This document shows positions 29,158 to 44,493 of a stretch of 64,000 nt of DNA, in pieces. The DNA is from Chrysomallon squamiferum (Eukaryota; Animalia; Mollusca), in contig CM022679.1 of NCBI GenBank assembly GCA_012295275.1, positions 4,092,001 to 4,156,000 on the forward strand. Reading direction: 5' to 3'. The notes beneath the pieces are model-generated. The model did not search any database, was not told the origin of the DNA, and saw only the letters and a program-made list of their open reading frames with translations. Made by a program: the position numbers and the translations under genes. Each line of letters starts with the position of its first letter. The first letter of the stretch is position 1.

Positions 29158-30793
29158 CTGGAAAATAAAGGGAAAAAAAAGAAAGAGAAATAGAAAATGA
29201 TTGTCATGTGTCTGCTTGAGGAACTCTTATTTACATTCATAAAACTTTTCTTACTATCAATTTTTGTAATGGACGCGTTGATGAAAACTGTTTTCCTTAA
29301 AGGGGTTAGTGTTGTGAGGAGAGACAGAGATATATACACACACACACATTTCGTAGCTAAATAACGTATAATGAGCTACTACTGCGTGGCAAATCTGAGC
29401 CGAGGACATTATGAATAAACAAGCAGTTACAGGGTTATAGTTTACTCTTCACTGGACTTAACTATTCCCTCGGGCGTCGCCGTAAATTCTCGAGAAAGAA
29501 ATAATTTAATATTGAGGCTTTTCCTTTGAACGCGGGCAGCGCTACGAACTACAAAAGGTTTTGAGGAAATGGTCGCAGAGTAGAAGGTGAAAATGAGCTG
29601 TCGAGTCTGTTACTTTATTTCAGACAAAATGACACGTCGTAGGACAGGATGGGAAATTAAAACAAAAAAAAAAAAAAAAAGTCTGTTAAAATTATATTGC
29701 GAAAATAAGATATTTAGAAAATTAGATAGAAAATTCAGAAGTAATAACAAAAGTGAAAATTATTGCAAAATAAGACATTTTGAAAATTAAATAGAGAAAC
29801 AAATCTCTCAAAATTATTGTTGTATGTTAATAGGAGAATAATTGGAAATTACTGAAATTTGAAGCAATTAAGTCGATCAAAATTAAGGTTGAATTATAGA
29901 AATAAACTGAAAACTTCCGTATTTTTCTAGACTTCGTTAGAAATGTTTTTATATTTTGAAGAAAGTGTATTAGTTAATTGCAAAACCTGAGCTCTGTGTA
30001 TTTTTTTTTTTTTTTATCCCACCCCAACCCCGCAAAACAACAAAACAATTATCACGAAAATGAATGACCGTTTTTTAGGTCGAATTTATTATGGACCTAA
30101 CAAAATATAATTATTATTGTTATTTTTTTAAAAGTTAGAATTTTTTTGAGAACTGGTACGTAACTGTCAAATCCTTCACCCATACACTTTTCAGCATTTA
30201 TAACTATCTAGAATGTATTTTTAAAACTCAGAAATCAATCAAATTTATATTATCTAAATTATATAGACAGTAAGCTATCTGCTAATGATGTAAGCTCCCC
30301 GCAATCTAAAATACTGACTGACTGGAGTTTTGATAGTAAAAGATAGTGATATAATTTCGCAGTCTGTATTGCCGGCTGATATCTGTCGTAAACGAATTTT
30401 ATCCAGGAATAATGAAATTAAGCTAATACATTTATTTAGTAACTGTTCCAAAGGTCATGAATAATTTGGACGTTTTGTAATAGAGACGAAAACGAATTTA
30501 ACTGCTTTGGCTGAATCTCGTAACTTACTTGTTTTGTCCATGAACTGGGTGTCAGAAATAATACGGAATTAATTACTGCAATAAGTATTTAAATACTTAA
30601 TTTTTATTATTATATGCTGAAATATATGTATAATGGATAATCTTTTTGGATTATGATATTTATAGTTATCCAGCAGTCACTATATATAATGGCAAGATAT
30701 AATGACTTAATAAATTTCTTTATTTTCAGTAACAATCCAAAAATATGGCAGACACACACACACATGCGCGCACGTATACCTATACATATATGG

Positions 30794-30853
<60 letters not shown>

Positions 30854-31089
30854 AAATCATTTCATTTTAGTATTTTTGTTGACTGTATAAAGAAACACTT
30901 CCACATTAATTTGAAATTTACATCTAATATCAACTCTAAAATTAGCAATGCAAAATTATAACTTAATTCCTAATTTTCCTTGCATTTGGTTTTTTTTGGT
31001 CTCTTTCGTTTCCAGCTATCAGTTATCTAAGGAAAGACTTTTTATAATTATTAATACAGTTTTGGTGTTCTGTGAAGAGCTGGACAAGA

Positions 31090-31700
31090 CTTACTTAAAA
31101 TACGGTTATTAATATAATATTTGTTTTATCATTATTTACCTCAGATAAAAAAAGTCTTAGCCAATAAACATTAGCAAAAATACACTTACATGTATTAATA
31201 TACGTTTTGCTCAGATATTTGCCAGAAAAAAAAAAAAAAAAAAAAAAAAAATAAAATAAAATAAAATAAAATAAAATTTAAAAAAATAATGAAATAAAAA
31301 CAAATTTAGAAGAAAAAAAAGAAACAAAAGAAATAATAATGAAGAAAATGAAGATAAAAAAATTAAAGGTGGCAACTAATATTTACTTACTGGTAAAAAT
31401 ACAGTAATTAAAACAATTTTTGTTCAAATATTTGTCACCAGTAAAAACTCTCAGCTAACACATATTAAAAAAAACGAAACAGTCATTTCGTCAAATTTGT
31501 TCAGCCATTCGCCAAAAATAACTAGAAAGTCTTAGACAAATATTTGTGAAAATGAAGTTATTAATACAATTTCTCTTCAGACACTTGCCACAAACAAAAC
31601 GAAAGTTTTAGCCAATACATATTAGCAAAAATACAGTTATGTCCTCAATTAATCTCCGCAGATAAAACAAGCAAATCCCAGCCAATATTTATTTGCAACA
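31090..31700. repeat. Degenerate ~70-80-bp tandem repeat interrupted by an A-rich tract
   Basis: Recurrent AAAGT(C/T)TTAGCCAATA.A.ATTAGCAAAAATACA (at about 31151 and 31602, with variants at about 31445, 31526 and 31675) and TTATTAATAYAAT..TG.TCAGATATTTGCC. Confidence 0.65.
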
Positions 31701-32892
31701 ACAAAGTCCATGTAAGGTCACCCGAAATTTCGCTAACGACCATTAACTGGGGAAAACGACGGACATAAAAAGTTTATTACACAAGCAAATAGCATACACA
31801 GATTGGCGTTATAACCTTGCAGAACTTGAAAAGGCCTGCAATGATTGCGTTTGTCTGGCAAATTTGTTGTCCCATCTCTAAGTAGCAGAGTCTTCTTCCT
31901 CGGTGGATGCGGCTGGTTATTAACTTTGGCGTTCTGCTCCTGAACGTTGATTCAAACGACCGCAAGTTTATTTCAACATTGTTAACTTGGTAACAAACGA
32001 GTTGAACAAAAATCGGCGACTTCATCAAAAATCAGCACCCGGAACAATTGACTTTTTGAACATTTCTCGACACTGGCTAACGAAGATTTGATTGGATCAG
32101 ATTTTCTTGACCTGATTGCACTTTGGCGACGATCAGAGCCAATTTGAAATGCCGTCACTTTCGCTAAGTTGTTGAATGGAGAGTAAATTTCATAAAAAGT
32201 AACGCGTCGCCGAACATTTCAACAAATCGTATCAATTAATAATAAAAAAAAAAAAAAATGCAACAATTTGACGACAGAGTAAAAGAAGTCTTTTCAGTTA
32301 ATTCAATTTTCATCTCAACAATCTGCTACGATTCAGAAATTTTCCTTTGAGTATCGCCAAAAAAAATAAAAAATAATAATAATAAAAAAATAAAAAAATA
32401 AAAAATAAAAAATAAATAAAAATAGAAAAAGAAAAAGAAAAAAAAGAAAAGAAAAAAGAAGTTCAAAAATGATTGTTTTCACACATGCGATAAAATTCGA
32501 AGCAATAAACTTTAATGAATTTAATATGAACGATCTTGTTCCACACTGAAATGATTATACATTATTAACAGAATTAGTAGTAGCAGCAGGAACAAGAACA
32601 GGAACACGTACAACAACATAAACAACGACGACGACGACATAAACAACAACAACAACAATAATAATAACAGTAATAATAATAAAAAGAAGAGGAAGAAGCT
32701 TATATTAATTTTAGTAATTAACTGATGTCAAAGAAATAACAAATTAGTTAAAAGCAAATTGAAAACCTTGTTGAAACTGCAGTTACAGTTTATGGGATTA
32801 ACACCATTGTCAGTGTTATTGCCGTCATTAAATTTATTAATTTCTTTCACTAGTATATTATATAAACCTTGCAATTATACAGCTGATCATTT

Positions 32893-32945
32893 CGCCATGT
32901 ACTCGATGACGTCATGTCTATAAATAAATAGAGACAAAATGGCGG
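32893..32945. promoter_or_regulatory. Candidate promoter/enhancer motif cluster (YY1-like, CRE palindrome, TATA-like, YY1)
   Basis: CGCCATGT at 32893-32900, ATGACGTCAT at 32906-32915, TATAAATA at 32919-32926 and CAAAATGGCGG at 32935-32945. Motif match only. Confidence 0.3.
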
Positions 32946-34393
32946 AACGCAAACGTTTCGTAACACCTCGCCAGAAATAAGTAAAAACAGTGAATAAGAA
33001 ATGTAACAAACGTTTAATGAAAATTTATTTGTGCGAACAAAAGTTAAGAAAGGCAGGAAAACAAATCCATTATTTTCTCTGACACAGTCTCAAAAGCAAG
33101 AATGACACATCTTCTTCTTACTGTGCCATGATCAGTAATTCTTTAGCGTCTTTCATTCTCTCGCGAGATTACACGAGAGGTCTTTACTCAAACAGCTCAA
33201 GGCGATCTCGGGAATGTCAGACGTGGTCGATGCAACTAAAGACGTAACTGACCACTTGCAGGCAATCAATGGACGCCCGAACACGTCGCCTTCGTAATTA
33301 ATTTAAGAGTGCTGGTAATGCGACTTGTCACAATAGACAATCGAGATTTTATTGGATTTGTAAATTTAATGGCCGACGATCTATTCGAGTTTATAGGTGG
33401 CACACCATTAAGCGATACTGTAAACTCGTAATCAAGAAAAAAGAGAGTTGTTTGGACTTTGTCACTGTTTGACATGGGTTTCAGTTAGGCAACACAGCGA
33501 ACAAGACAATTGGATAATCAGATGGTATTTATTTTAGGTAATTGTAATGTGGTTTCTTTACAGCCATGCGTCTTTTATCAAGTGCAAAGTGAGATGTCAG
33601 CGAGGTGTGGTACAGATGTGAGGCTTGGTGGATCGCCAGATCGGTACGTGTCGGCGCACACTTCTGCCTGTTATCCGTTCCAGTCAGTGTTCCAAGACAA
33701 GTATATCATAGTCCACAGTTTGTCCTTTCCAGTATGTTGCTTCTGATTCCATACTGAAGAAAAGTGCCGGCCTATAACCCAAAGGGTTTTAACTCTACCA
33801 TCATGTTTGTGTATTTAAATACAAATATAAATAAAAATATATCACATATATTATCTGATATGTAATAAATATTAATTTTAAAATTTAGTGAGTTTAAAGC
33901 TTTAATCATTAATTTATTGGAGACTTAAGCAGTTCTGTATATATTTATTTTTATATTATTAATATATCTTTCTTTAAGTCTTTACAGTTGATTTAATTAC
34001 TGTCCATATATAATGTTAATTTGTTTAATGTGTCAAATGTCATTCTACATGGTTATTAATACTCTTCCTCTTGATACATGGTAGTACATACCATGCTGTT
34101 AACTTTTTATAAACAAACCATGTGAAACTGAGTTAATTATCGAAACTGAGATAGATGTACTGGTGGTGCAGGACATAAAACAACTGAAGTTTTATATTTA
34201 TCATGATTTACGTCTCGTAAGATCAGATTAGAGATCACTAAACTTTCAAAGTTTTATTTATTTCAAATTAACGTCTACAGAGCAATAGTTAACACTGATA
34301 TTTAGCTGACTTCAAAGAACTTATCTAAAACGTGAATTATTTTTGTTTTTCACGATCTAAAAGCGTTCTGGTATTTTCTTTTTTTGCTTGAGT

Positions 34394-34429
<36 letters not shown>

Positions 34430-34911
34430 AAGTACTCTCCTAAAGCAGTTTTAAGTATAACAAATAAATAAAATAAAATAAAACAATAAAAATAAATTAT
34501 ATATATACAAAAATATAATAATAAAATAAAATAAAATAAAATAAAATAAAATAAAATAAAAAAAAATAAAAAATAAATAAATAAATAAATAAATAAATAA
34601 AATAAAATAAAATAAAACAATGACTTAATCCTCAATGATTATAAAAGCAGAATATTTGCAAGACAACTAAAAATAAGAATAATAATAAACAAAATAAAAA
34701 TAAAAAAAATAAAAAAATAATAATGATCCAAAAATGGAAAACAACAACAACAACAACAAAAACAAACAGCAAACAAACAACAACAATTAAATAAATATAA
34801 ACATTAGTAGGATGGATATAACTTTGAAGATAATCGTTTCAGTAATTTTGATAGATAGATAGATAGGTAGATAGACAGATAAATAGATAGATAAATAAAT
34901 AAATGGTTACA

Positions 34912-34942
<31 letters not shown>

Positions 34943-34944
34943 AT

Positions 34945-34998
<54 letters not shown>

Positions 34999-37900
34999 AA
35001 CATTCAACAAAAAACGTAGCAGATTACTAAGTGTCCCCCCGGTCCACCCGTCCCTCCTTCCCTCCCTCTCTCCCTCCCATGCCGGGATCTGTGTACAAAT
35101 GCCGCGGAGGAAAGAAAATGCAAGTATTGGTTAATATTTTTATCTCGACTTTAATCGCAGACGATAAGGTCAGAAGGCAATACACTGCCGTGGGTCTTGG
35201 CGCGGAGAAAAAAAGTCATCACAGCAGACTAATACCAGCGACTGTATCAGACATCATTTTGCCTATGGTGTCCTTAAATCTTCAGCGATCTACACAACGA
35301 GGCACTAAATGAACTGAACGTTTTTTAACCGACGTTTATCAACGTGTTACGTTACGACTGTTCTTCCGAGCAGATCCCGTCTCAAATCTCTGTTTTATTC
35401 TTTCCCGCCTACTTCTTTCATTCTTTCATTTTGTTTTTAGTTCTGGTTTTAATTTCTTTTCGAGCCGTTTTTGCTTCCTTTATTTATTACTGATTGCCTG
35501 AAAGTTTTTATTGCCATTTTGTCTACTTTTATTTTTTTATTTTTTTTTACGTTTCTTTTCTTTCCCTTCTTCTTCCTCTTATTATTATTATTGTTATTGC
35601 TATTACTATTATTATTATTATTGATATTGCTATTACTATTATTATTATTATTATTGATATTGCTATTACTATTATTATTATTATTGTTGTTATTATTATT
35701 GATATTATTATTATTATTATTATTATTGGTTTCTTTCACTTTAATCACCCTTATTATTTTTGTTTCTTATGAACTGTTTTCTGTTATTCGTTCTTACTTT
35801 CTGTATTTCATTCATTCATTCCTGACTTGTTGATTCTTGACTTTTTCTTTATTTCTGTTTTCTGCTTCTTTCTGCTCTTCATGTATCCATTCACTTATTA
35901 TTTAATTTCTACATACATTCAAATATTTTCTCGTCATTTTTTTTCAATCTTTCTTGTGTCTTTTTTTCTTTCAGTCATTACTTTGTCTTTCATTATTTCA
36001 CGTAGTTTTGTTTGTTATCTTTTAAACTATCTCAGTTTAATTTAACCACTATCTTTTACACATTCCATTCTTTAATTATCCATTTCAGAAACTTGAAAAT
36101 AATCAGTCATTCGAAACGAATGTTCAACATTCATGGACATACAACTCATGATAATGCAGTTTTTTTGTTCACTAGATCATATCTAGATATATATATATAT
36201 ACATAGATAGATAGATATATACATACACAGACAGATATATAGATAGACAGATAGACAGACAGATACAGTTACAAGTTTATCTCATTTTGTACTTTCAGTA
36301 TAATTGCAATATTTAAATATTAGATTACTGAAGTCCAGAGAATTGGGTTTAAAAAATATCATAACATGATTTTCTTTGTAAAATACGCTTGTCTCGTCAC
36401 CATAGATGTTAGAATGGGAAAAATAATTATTTTGTTTATGTTTACATATTCAGACAGTAAAGGACGAAATATTAACTGATGGTTTACACGCTAGTTTTAA
36501 AATAAAGAACTTTAGGTCTATAAAATCAAAACAAAAAATGATCACGTTAGTGTTGATGATGATATTATTAGCTCTGGCTGCAACTTTAACAACATGATGA
36601 TAATGATTACGATGATAATAATAAAAAGATGGAAAACAGCAGTAATAACAACAGTAACAAAATTAATAATTAATGATAAGAAGAAGAAGAAGGAGAAGAA
36701 GAAGATCAAGAAGAAGATAAAAAAGTAGATAAAGAAACAGAGAAGGAACAGATGTAGAAAACAAGTAGGGAGAACAAGTAATAAAATTAAATCAAAACAT
36801 AGCGTTGTACATTTTATATAAAACATGCTACAGAAATCTATCAAATAAACTGATTCTAAATACGACTAATTCAAAGCGTTATCTGTTACGCAAACGAAGG
36901 CAAAAAAATTCCCCTAAAACCCTCAAAAAACAATAACAGCAAAAATTCTAAAACATACAAACAGCACAGTAAAACAACAAGCACAAAAAAATACCTTTTC
37001 CCCAGTAAGTACTTGAAGGTAATCGTAGACAGATAGCTAGCTAGCTGATCTGCTGTCTCTGTCTCAATCTTTTTTGCAACCCTTTGGACTTAAGCTGCGA
37101 AGCTACATAAAGTTTACACAAATTTTAGTCGCTTATTTGTTGGAAGGATGTCGCTAGATTAAGACTATCATCTCGCTGTACATGGTGTATCGATTTTGGC
37201 AATTGGTCTCTAACTGGCATTGGCCAAATCGATACTTATAATCTGTTGTGGTGTGGAGATGGATTCGGGGACCTCGTATCACTCTTCAGAACATGGGGGT
37301 CTGCAAAATAAATGATATATATGTGGTCTTTTTAGCTCCGGTAATTGAAATGCTTTGTAAAGTATTCAGTTGGGAGATTTTTGGTGATGCACGTTTATTC
37401 GATCGCAAAAGAAAGGTCGTTCAAGCTCGTGAGTCGACTTTTATGTAAGAAAAAGATGTAAAAGTGAAGTAGATATGTGAAAGTTTTCAACTATGCTCTG
37501 TGTCTGTTATCATGGACATTTTTTTACGTACTGGAATACATTTATGTATAAGGTCCCAGTTTATATGCTGAAGAGTGTTTTGTATTACCTTTATTACTAC
37601 TACTACTACATTATTGCTTTTGCAACTACTACATCTAAAATGACTACTGTTATCACTATTAAAATTACTTATAAAACTATATTACTACCATTAGTAATTG
37701 AATTACTGTTACTACAACTATTACTATGAGACATAAATTAATTCTAAAAATACTATTACTACCATCACACCTGAAAATATTGTTACTACTTTAATAAACT
37801 GCATCAGAGCAGTATTAGTGCAGGTATAACATAGCTGTAATAATAACCATTTTTAACTGAGGGCATTCACGTGACTCCTTTATGCAATGACGCATAAGAT

Positions 37901-38039
37901 GATTCGAGAGACTTGGCATAGAAGCTTATTAACGGGAAGTTTTATTAGAAAAGTTTAGCTTCAAAGGATGACTGATAAAAAGGAAACAATTATCAAAGCG
38001 GTCAAATAGTGTTTTGATTGTATTGGATATAAAGAGAAG

Positions 38040-38044
<5 letters not shown>

Positions 38045-38119
<75 letters not shown>
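38045..38119. repeat. (AG)n microsatellite
   Basis: Perfect dinucleotide run. Confidence 0.95.
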
Positions 38120-38122
<3 letters not shown>

Positions 38123-39159
38123 TCTGAAATAAACTGACAATCATAAATACATAGAAATACACATACATATATAATTTTTCAACAAATCTCGGAATTGTTA
38201 AATCCAATATTTAGCTAATGATTTATACCATTTCTTGATACTGCGTCTAAGAATTTTTTTTTATTATTATTTTTTTTTTTGTAATAATTTTTACTCGAAT
38301 ATGAATTGGGCAAATCTCTCTCTTTATCATTTTTATGCAGACGCACACATCCATCGACATTCGTACACGCGCATGAATCCTATTAAGATGTCTGCTATTA
38401 AAAACTGGACGAGGAACATCTTATTTCCTTTTCTCTCGACTAATTTGTAAATTACACTAACTTGACCGCGTGTTCGCCAGCTTTTCCCAGTGTCCCCAAG
38501 ACAGATCTGTCTCGAGAAATACGTAAGAAAATTTCCGAAATAATAAACTAAAGAGAAGGAAAAACGTAAAAAAAAAAAAAAAAAAATGAATGCAGTGACT
38601 AACTCGATGACGACAGAAGTGGTTTTAGTGTCTGAACAACACCCGTTCGCATCTCAGGAGACAGAACCGTGTGAGAACGAAGACATTTATTTGTTCCTAG
38701 GAAATTTGCACGACGACTTCTTAGTTAGGTGTTTTTACTAAAACCCATCAGTACGAAACACTTTATTTATTTGTTTCATGTTTTTTTTTTTTTTTTTTTT
38801 TTTATCTTTGGAACGAATTTTGGTCCCAAAGCAATTTGAAAAATTAATACGTAACTGAAATTTAAAAGTTAATGGACATAGACCGAGCTTCGTACAAATC
38901 GGTTAATATATACAAATTAGTGTGTAAAATTCTTGTGTAGCGATACTGCACGCTACGCATGCGCATGTACACTGATGTTTCCACTCATATTCACTTTTCG
39001 TCATAAAGACACACCTAATCGTACCCCCACCCACAACATGCACGAGGCGCGCAAACTGGTGTCAATCATAGGAAGGGGCTAGATCATTACTCCTCCAAGT
39101 GAGATATAAAAAAAAAATAAAAAAAAATAAAATAAAATTACAAATGTTAACGATAAATT

Positions 39160-39286
39160 AAAATAAATAAATAAATAAATATATAGATAGATAGATAAAT
39201 AAATACATAAATAGATAGATAGATAAATAAATAAATAAATAAATAAATAGATAAATAAATAAATAAATATATAAATAAATAAATAA

Positions 39287-39318
<32 letters not shown>

Positions 39319-39339
39319 ATAAATAAATAAATAAATAAA

Positions 39340-39392
<53 letters not shown>

Positions 39393-39393
39393 A
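39160..39393. repeat. (TAAA)n/(TAGA)n compound tetranucleotide repeat
   Basis: Direct inspection. Confidence 0.9.
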
Positions 39394-39857
39394 ATGAAAA
39401 TAATTTAAAAAGCTAAAATAGATATAAAACCCTGCAGCATTAATAACAAAAATGATATCATTTACAATTGCATCCCGTTCTAAAGATCAATATAAGTTAT
39501 GTATTTTCACGTGATGGGAGAAAAACCTCTTCGCAATTTTCTAACTGAAGAAGAAATGCCTCATTGACGTTTTCACGTTGTTTTTCTTTAAAGTAATTTT
39601 GAATAAAAAAAATGGGAAAAGAAAAAGAAAAAAGAAAACAAAAAACCCATTTGTATTTAATAAATGTTGACATCGTGAATTCAAACAAGATTAATATTTC
39701 CTGGAGATTTTTTTCTGTTTCGTTTTATTTTATTAAGTAATCTGTATTCTTTAATAATATTATTATTTAATATTGAATTATTTCCCAAACGATTTTTGTT
39801 TGAGAAGCTAAAGTTCAGATAATTGAGGTTTTTTCAGGGATGATAACGTGTGTGACG

Positions 39858-39962
<105 letters not shown>

Positions 39963-41812
39963 TGTAAAACATTTAAAATTAGCAAGGAATTAGAAGAAAT
40001 GAAGACACAACAACAATAAAGGAAATTATGAAATAAATAAACAGAAAATCTGCTAAGTGAAATTTATACATAAACAATAATTGCGAAAGAAAAAAAAAGA
40101 AAAAGAAGAAAAAGGAAGAGGACAGAAAGATGTTAAAATAATAAATAAATAAATAAATAAATATTGAAAACAACAACAAAACATCAACAACAACAACAAC
40201 AACAACAATAATAATAATGATAATAATAATATCAGTAATGGTAGTAATAGTAATCGTATTAATAGTAGTAGTACCAAAACAACAACAACAATAAAGGTAG
40301 TAACCATATCAACAACAATAACATCAACTACAGAAAGTCCAAAAATAAATTTAAAAAAAAAATAATTATTTTATCTCTATCATTCTACGATTTAAAACAT
40401 CTTTCAATATTAAACACTCATTTCAGTTTGAAAACGGATCAAATTCGTCTCTGCAATTTGACGGAGGCGGGCACTGGAAACACCCTCTGGTAGAATCAAC
40501 GAACTCTCTCCTAGCAGACTCGACCTGTCCTGCCAACAACCTTCGCCACGAAGCTGAACACAGATCCCGCAGAGTCTCAGCATTATCTTGTGTTAGTCAA
40601 TGGCTGCTGTCAGTAATTGTGAGTGTGCCACGTAACACAGGCACCTAGGGACGGTCTGCTGATAGCAGGGTAAATGTCAGACCTGCAGGTTTGTCTACGA
40701 TCAGAATAAGACTTCAGAGAAACAGTCTGGCGTGTTTGAATGTACACTGTGCGAGCAGATAGAGTACTTTATGTTTAAAAGAGAAGATGGAGTTGTCAGA
40801 TATAGAGATGTACATACATACATATATATATACACCCATACACAAACACACACACACACACACATCCACACACACACACACACACACATACACACACACA
40901 CACCCACCCACCCACACACATATATAAGCACGCAGTTTTTTTATCCTTCGTGAATTTTGCGTTCATTTTATTTTTTAGTAAAAATATATACGTTGTATGT
41001 ATGTATGTATATTTATGTACGTTAATGTGTGTATGTGTATGTGTATATATGTCAATATATGTAGATTATATAAATATATATATATGCCCAACAAGAAGCA
41101 CGAAAAAAAAAAAAACTCTACAAAAAACAAAACAACAACAAGAAAAGAAAACCAGTAGCCAATGACATCACTCCTATTACTATTATCATTCAGTATTTTG
41201 CTGAACGCAGAAATAATTGTTAATAAGGCGTTAAACAATTTTTATTTATTTATTTATAAAGTATAAACATGCATATCTATTTATTTTGTAATGGTGAATT
41301 TACTATACGAATATTTCAACATCATTTTATTTTTTTTTATCTAAATTAATTTGTCTTGAACGCAAAAAGTAAATCGTAGTTATCTCCCCTGGACCAGTCG
41401 CTGGTAAAGTCAGCTGTTTTGTTGAAATAAGAAAACCTAAACGATTTCAGATTAATAATACAATTAAGTGAAATATGTGTAAAACAAATTAACTTTGTAT
41501 TTAGTGCAAAATTTAATGTTGATGATTGTTACATTATTTCTATCACAAAAGGAAAATTCCTGCTTGTTAACAAAATATTTTGCAATTTTTTTTTTTTTTA
41601 TCTTGAAATAGACGATGTTATTGAATGGTATTTAGAAGTGTTATCGACAATTTTATTCTTTAGCTTTTGTTAATTAACGAAAGCTTAAAATATGATTTCT
41701 TATTTCTTTTTGGAGCCATTTTCAAGTATATGTCAACCGTTTTATCTTTGGTACAAGCTAACTAGAACTTAACTATTTATGTATGTATGAATCTGTGGCG
41801 TATACATCGATG

Positions 41813-41872
<60 letters not shown>

Positions 41873-42207
41873 TACGTGAACATTGAATTTGAAAGCTTAA
41901 CGACTTCGCTACTGGAATATTACACATCAGTTATTTTAAACAAATAGCTATCGGGACGTTCTAGCGTAATTCTAAAACAGCAAATCCGATAAATCGAAAT
42001 TTCTTCTCTAATTACGTCTTCTCCTGGGTCTATGCGATTGTTTGCGATTGTTTTCAGATATTTTGTTTTATTCTGAAGAGTAAATCATTTATGCCACTCA
42101 GAATTCAACATGTTCTGTTTACCAGTGAAAAATAACAACAGTGCACACTGACTGAGAAGAAAAGCTAGGTAATGCATTAGTAATATGTTTAAATATAGAG
42201 ACGAGAC

Positions 42208-42302
<95 letters not shown>

Positions 42303-44107
42303 TAAACAAGGAAACAATAACTGAAGTAATATAATAACAATACTTACAACGAAGCAGTAAAACCAGCTGTTTTCCGATTATTATATAAAAAAACCCCCAA
42401 AACTCACATTAAAAAAACGGTCAGATTGTATACCACTCGTTCCACTGTTTTGGCCTGGCGCAGACAAAAAAACCCACATAACACAGTTTAACTGTCTCCT
42501 ACATCCACGGATGTATCCTATTAAAACTGCATGGAAGAGAGAAATACAAGTATGAGTTTTCCCTTCACAGTACGACTGCTAACAGCCCGTGGCCTAGAAC
42601 AGCGTGGATCGAGTCAGCAAGGTATTACACCAATCAGTGGTCACGCCTGCGTCAAGTGGCTTTTTCTTTTTCTCTTTTCTCTTATCAAAAGTTTATCGCC
42701 CGTTTTTTTCTAAAAGACCGGGCAGAATAGTCCATTGATTCGAGAGATTAATTGCACCAAGTTCCTGCCGCGAAACTGGAGTTGGTGGTTGAAGTTGTCG
42801 TAGTTTCGTGTGATGCGCCACAACACATTAGCTGTGAGAAAATGATTATGTATTTTTGAGAAGAATAAATGAAAAATTCAAGAGATGTGAGTTAGAAAAA
42901 AAAGAGTGGGAGAGAAAAAAAAAAAAGAAAAGAAAAAAGAACACATAGTACAAATCAGGAAATAATGTTATGGTTGAACAGAGATGTTTTATCTTGATTG
43001 CAATATTTATTCACAGTGTTGTGAAGTTAACAACATTAACAACAAAGAACCACATATATAATTACATTTGCAGACCAAATTCATTATAAATTAATTACAG
43101 AAAAAGGTCACTGATCAGATGAACTTCTAAATGAAACATACGTTATGTTCTATTGCCATAAATACAGTTACAGGCCTCATTTCATGGTTTGACCTTTGAC
43201 ATCAACTCGACCTGTGAAGGATTATTAGCGATAGAAGAAGAACCCGGCAGTGATGGGATTTGAACTCACAGATGTGAGGAACAGCGTCTCTGATGCCGTT
43301 CTGTCACGCCATTGTTCTTTTGGTTGTTCTAACATTTCACTAATTAATGAAACCGAGAAGTGTGTTTTCTGTATCGCCACTAATTTACCTTTCAACACAT
43401 GCATACTAAAGTGTTTGGAGAAAAACGACAACAATAACAACGCAGTACTGATCTCATTATAAGAGACACCGATGAACAAATGGATTGATGGGTAAATGAA
43501 AAATGAAAGAATGAATAAAGAATTAAATTTGTAGTTAAATAATTAAGTACAAATCGACGTATATATATGTTTATATTAACTAGTACTACTAGAAGTTATA
43601 TGAGCAAAATTTGTTCATTATTAACAAACTTGTTATATATATATATAATATTTGTTACATTATTAACAAACTTGTATATATATATATATAGATTAGTCTG
43701 GAATCAGGAAGAATCAATCCCATGATTATTTGTTACATTCAGTGACAAAACCCTCTGCGTGCATCTTTTGGACTTGAATATGAAAAATATGATAGTAACG
43801 CTTATTAATAGTATTTATTATGTTGGTTTATATTCGTCTAGGGCGCGGTTTCTATTGCACACAGTCTGAACCTGACGTTTACAATGTTGTTGTTGTATTT
43901 CAGCTGAGATGTAGACAAACAATAACTGACTCGACGAGACTGTTCACAGAAAATACAAGTAATTAATAGAAAGTATCACGTTTCAAAGCTGTGTCAGCTA
44001 CGTAAGCTGATATCAGCAACGACGACGTTCGCACAATGAATCAAAGACAGCTTGAATGTCGCAGACGAAGTAATGTAACACAGTGACTTGTAGTTAAACT
44101 TGGTATA

Positions 44108-44493
44108 CAGTGAACCCGCGATTTAATGGACTTCATTCCAGCTGAAGTTGGTAGGTTCGAGGCAAACCTAAGTTTCTCTGGAACTGCGAATATCTTCACT
44201 GATTGACGCGATTCTCGATTGTTTGAGACACACACGCACACACGCGCGCGCGCACACAGTCACACACACAATTTGTTAGCGTGCACATTCTGAAGCTTAT
44301 CTTTTATCTGCATGATAATTTAGTGATCGTATTTGTTACCTTCTTAGATTCAGTTTCTCTTATTTCTCTTAGTATTAAAATTACTAAAACTATCGTAATA
44401 AAGTATATAAAATTACAGGCTGTAATATTAAAATATTATTCTTTCTAAAACGTCCTTTCCCTGCTGTTACTTCGTTAAATCGAGGGTCTAGTG
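44108..44493. mobile_element. Non-autonomous Tc1/mariner-superfamily (pogo/Tigger-like) MITE, copy A
   Basis: TA|CAGTGAACCCGCGATTTAATG ... CGTTAAATCGAGGGTCTAGTG|TA: imperfect ~21-bp terminal inverted repeats flanked by TA, with no ORF. Confidence 0.6.

Noticed and set aside
35031-35312. 93-aa plus-strand ORF in a GC-richer block
   Set aside because: GTG start, no recognisable domain and no partner exons; more likely non-coding or regulatory sequence.
43610-43690. ~41-bp tandem duplication (TTTGTT..CATTATTAACAAACTTGT + (TA)n); also the 3x22-bp repeat at about 23790-23850
   Set aside because: Ordinary local slippage duplications in AT-rich DNA.
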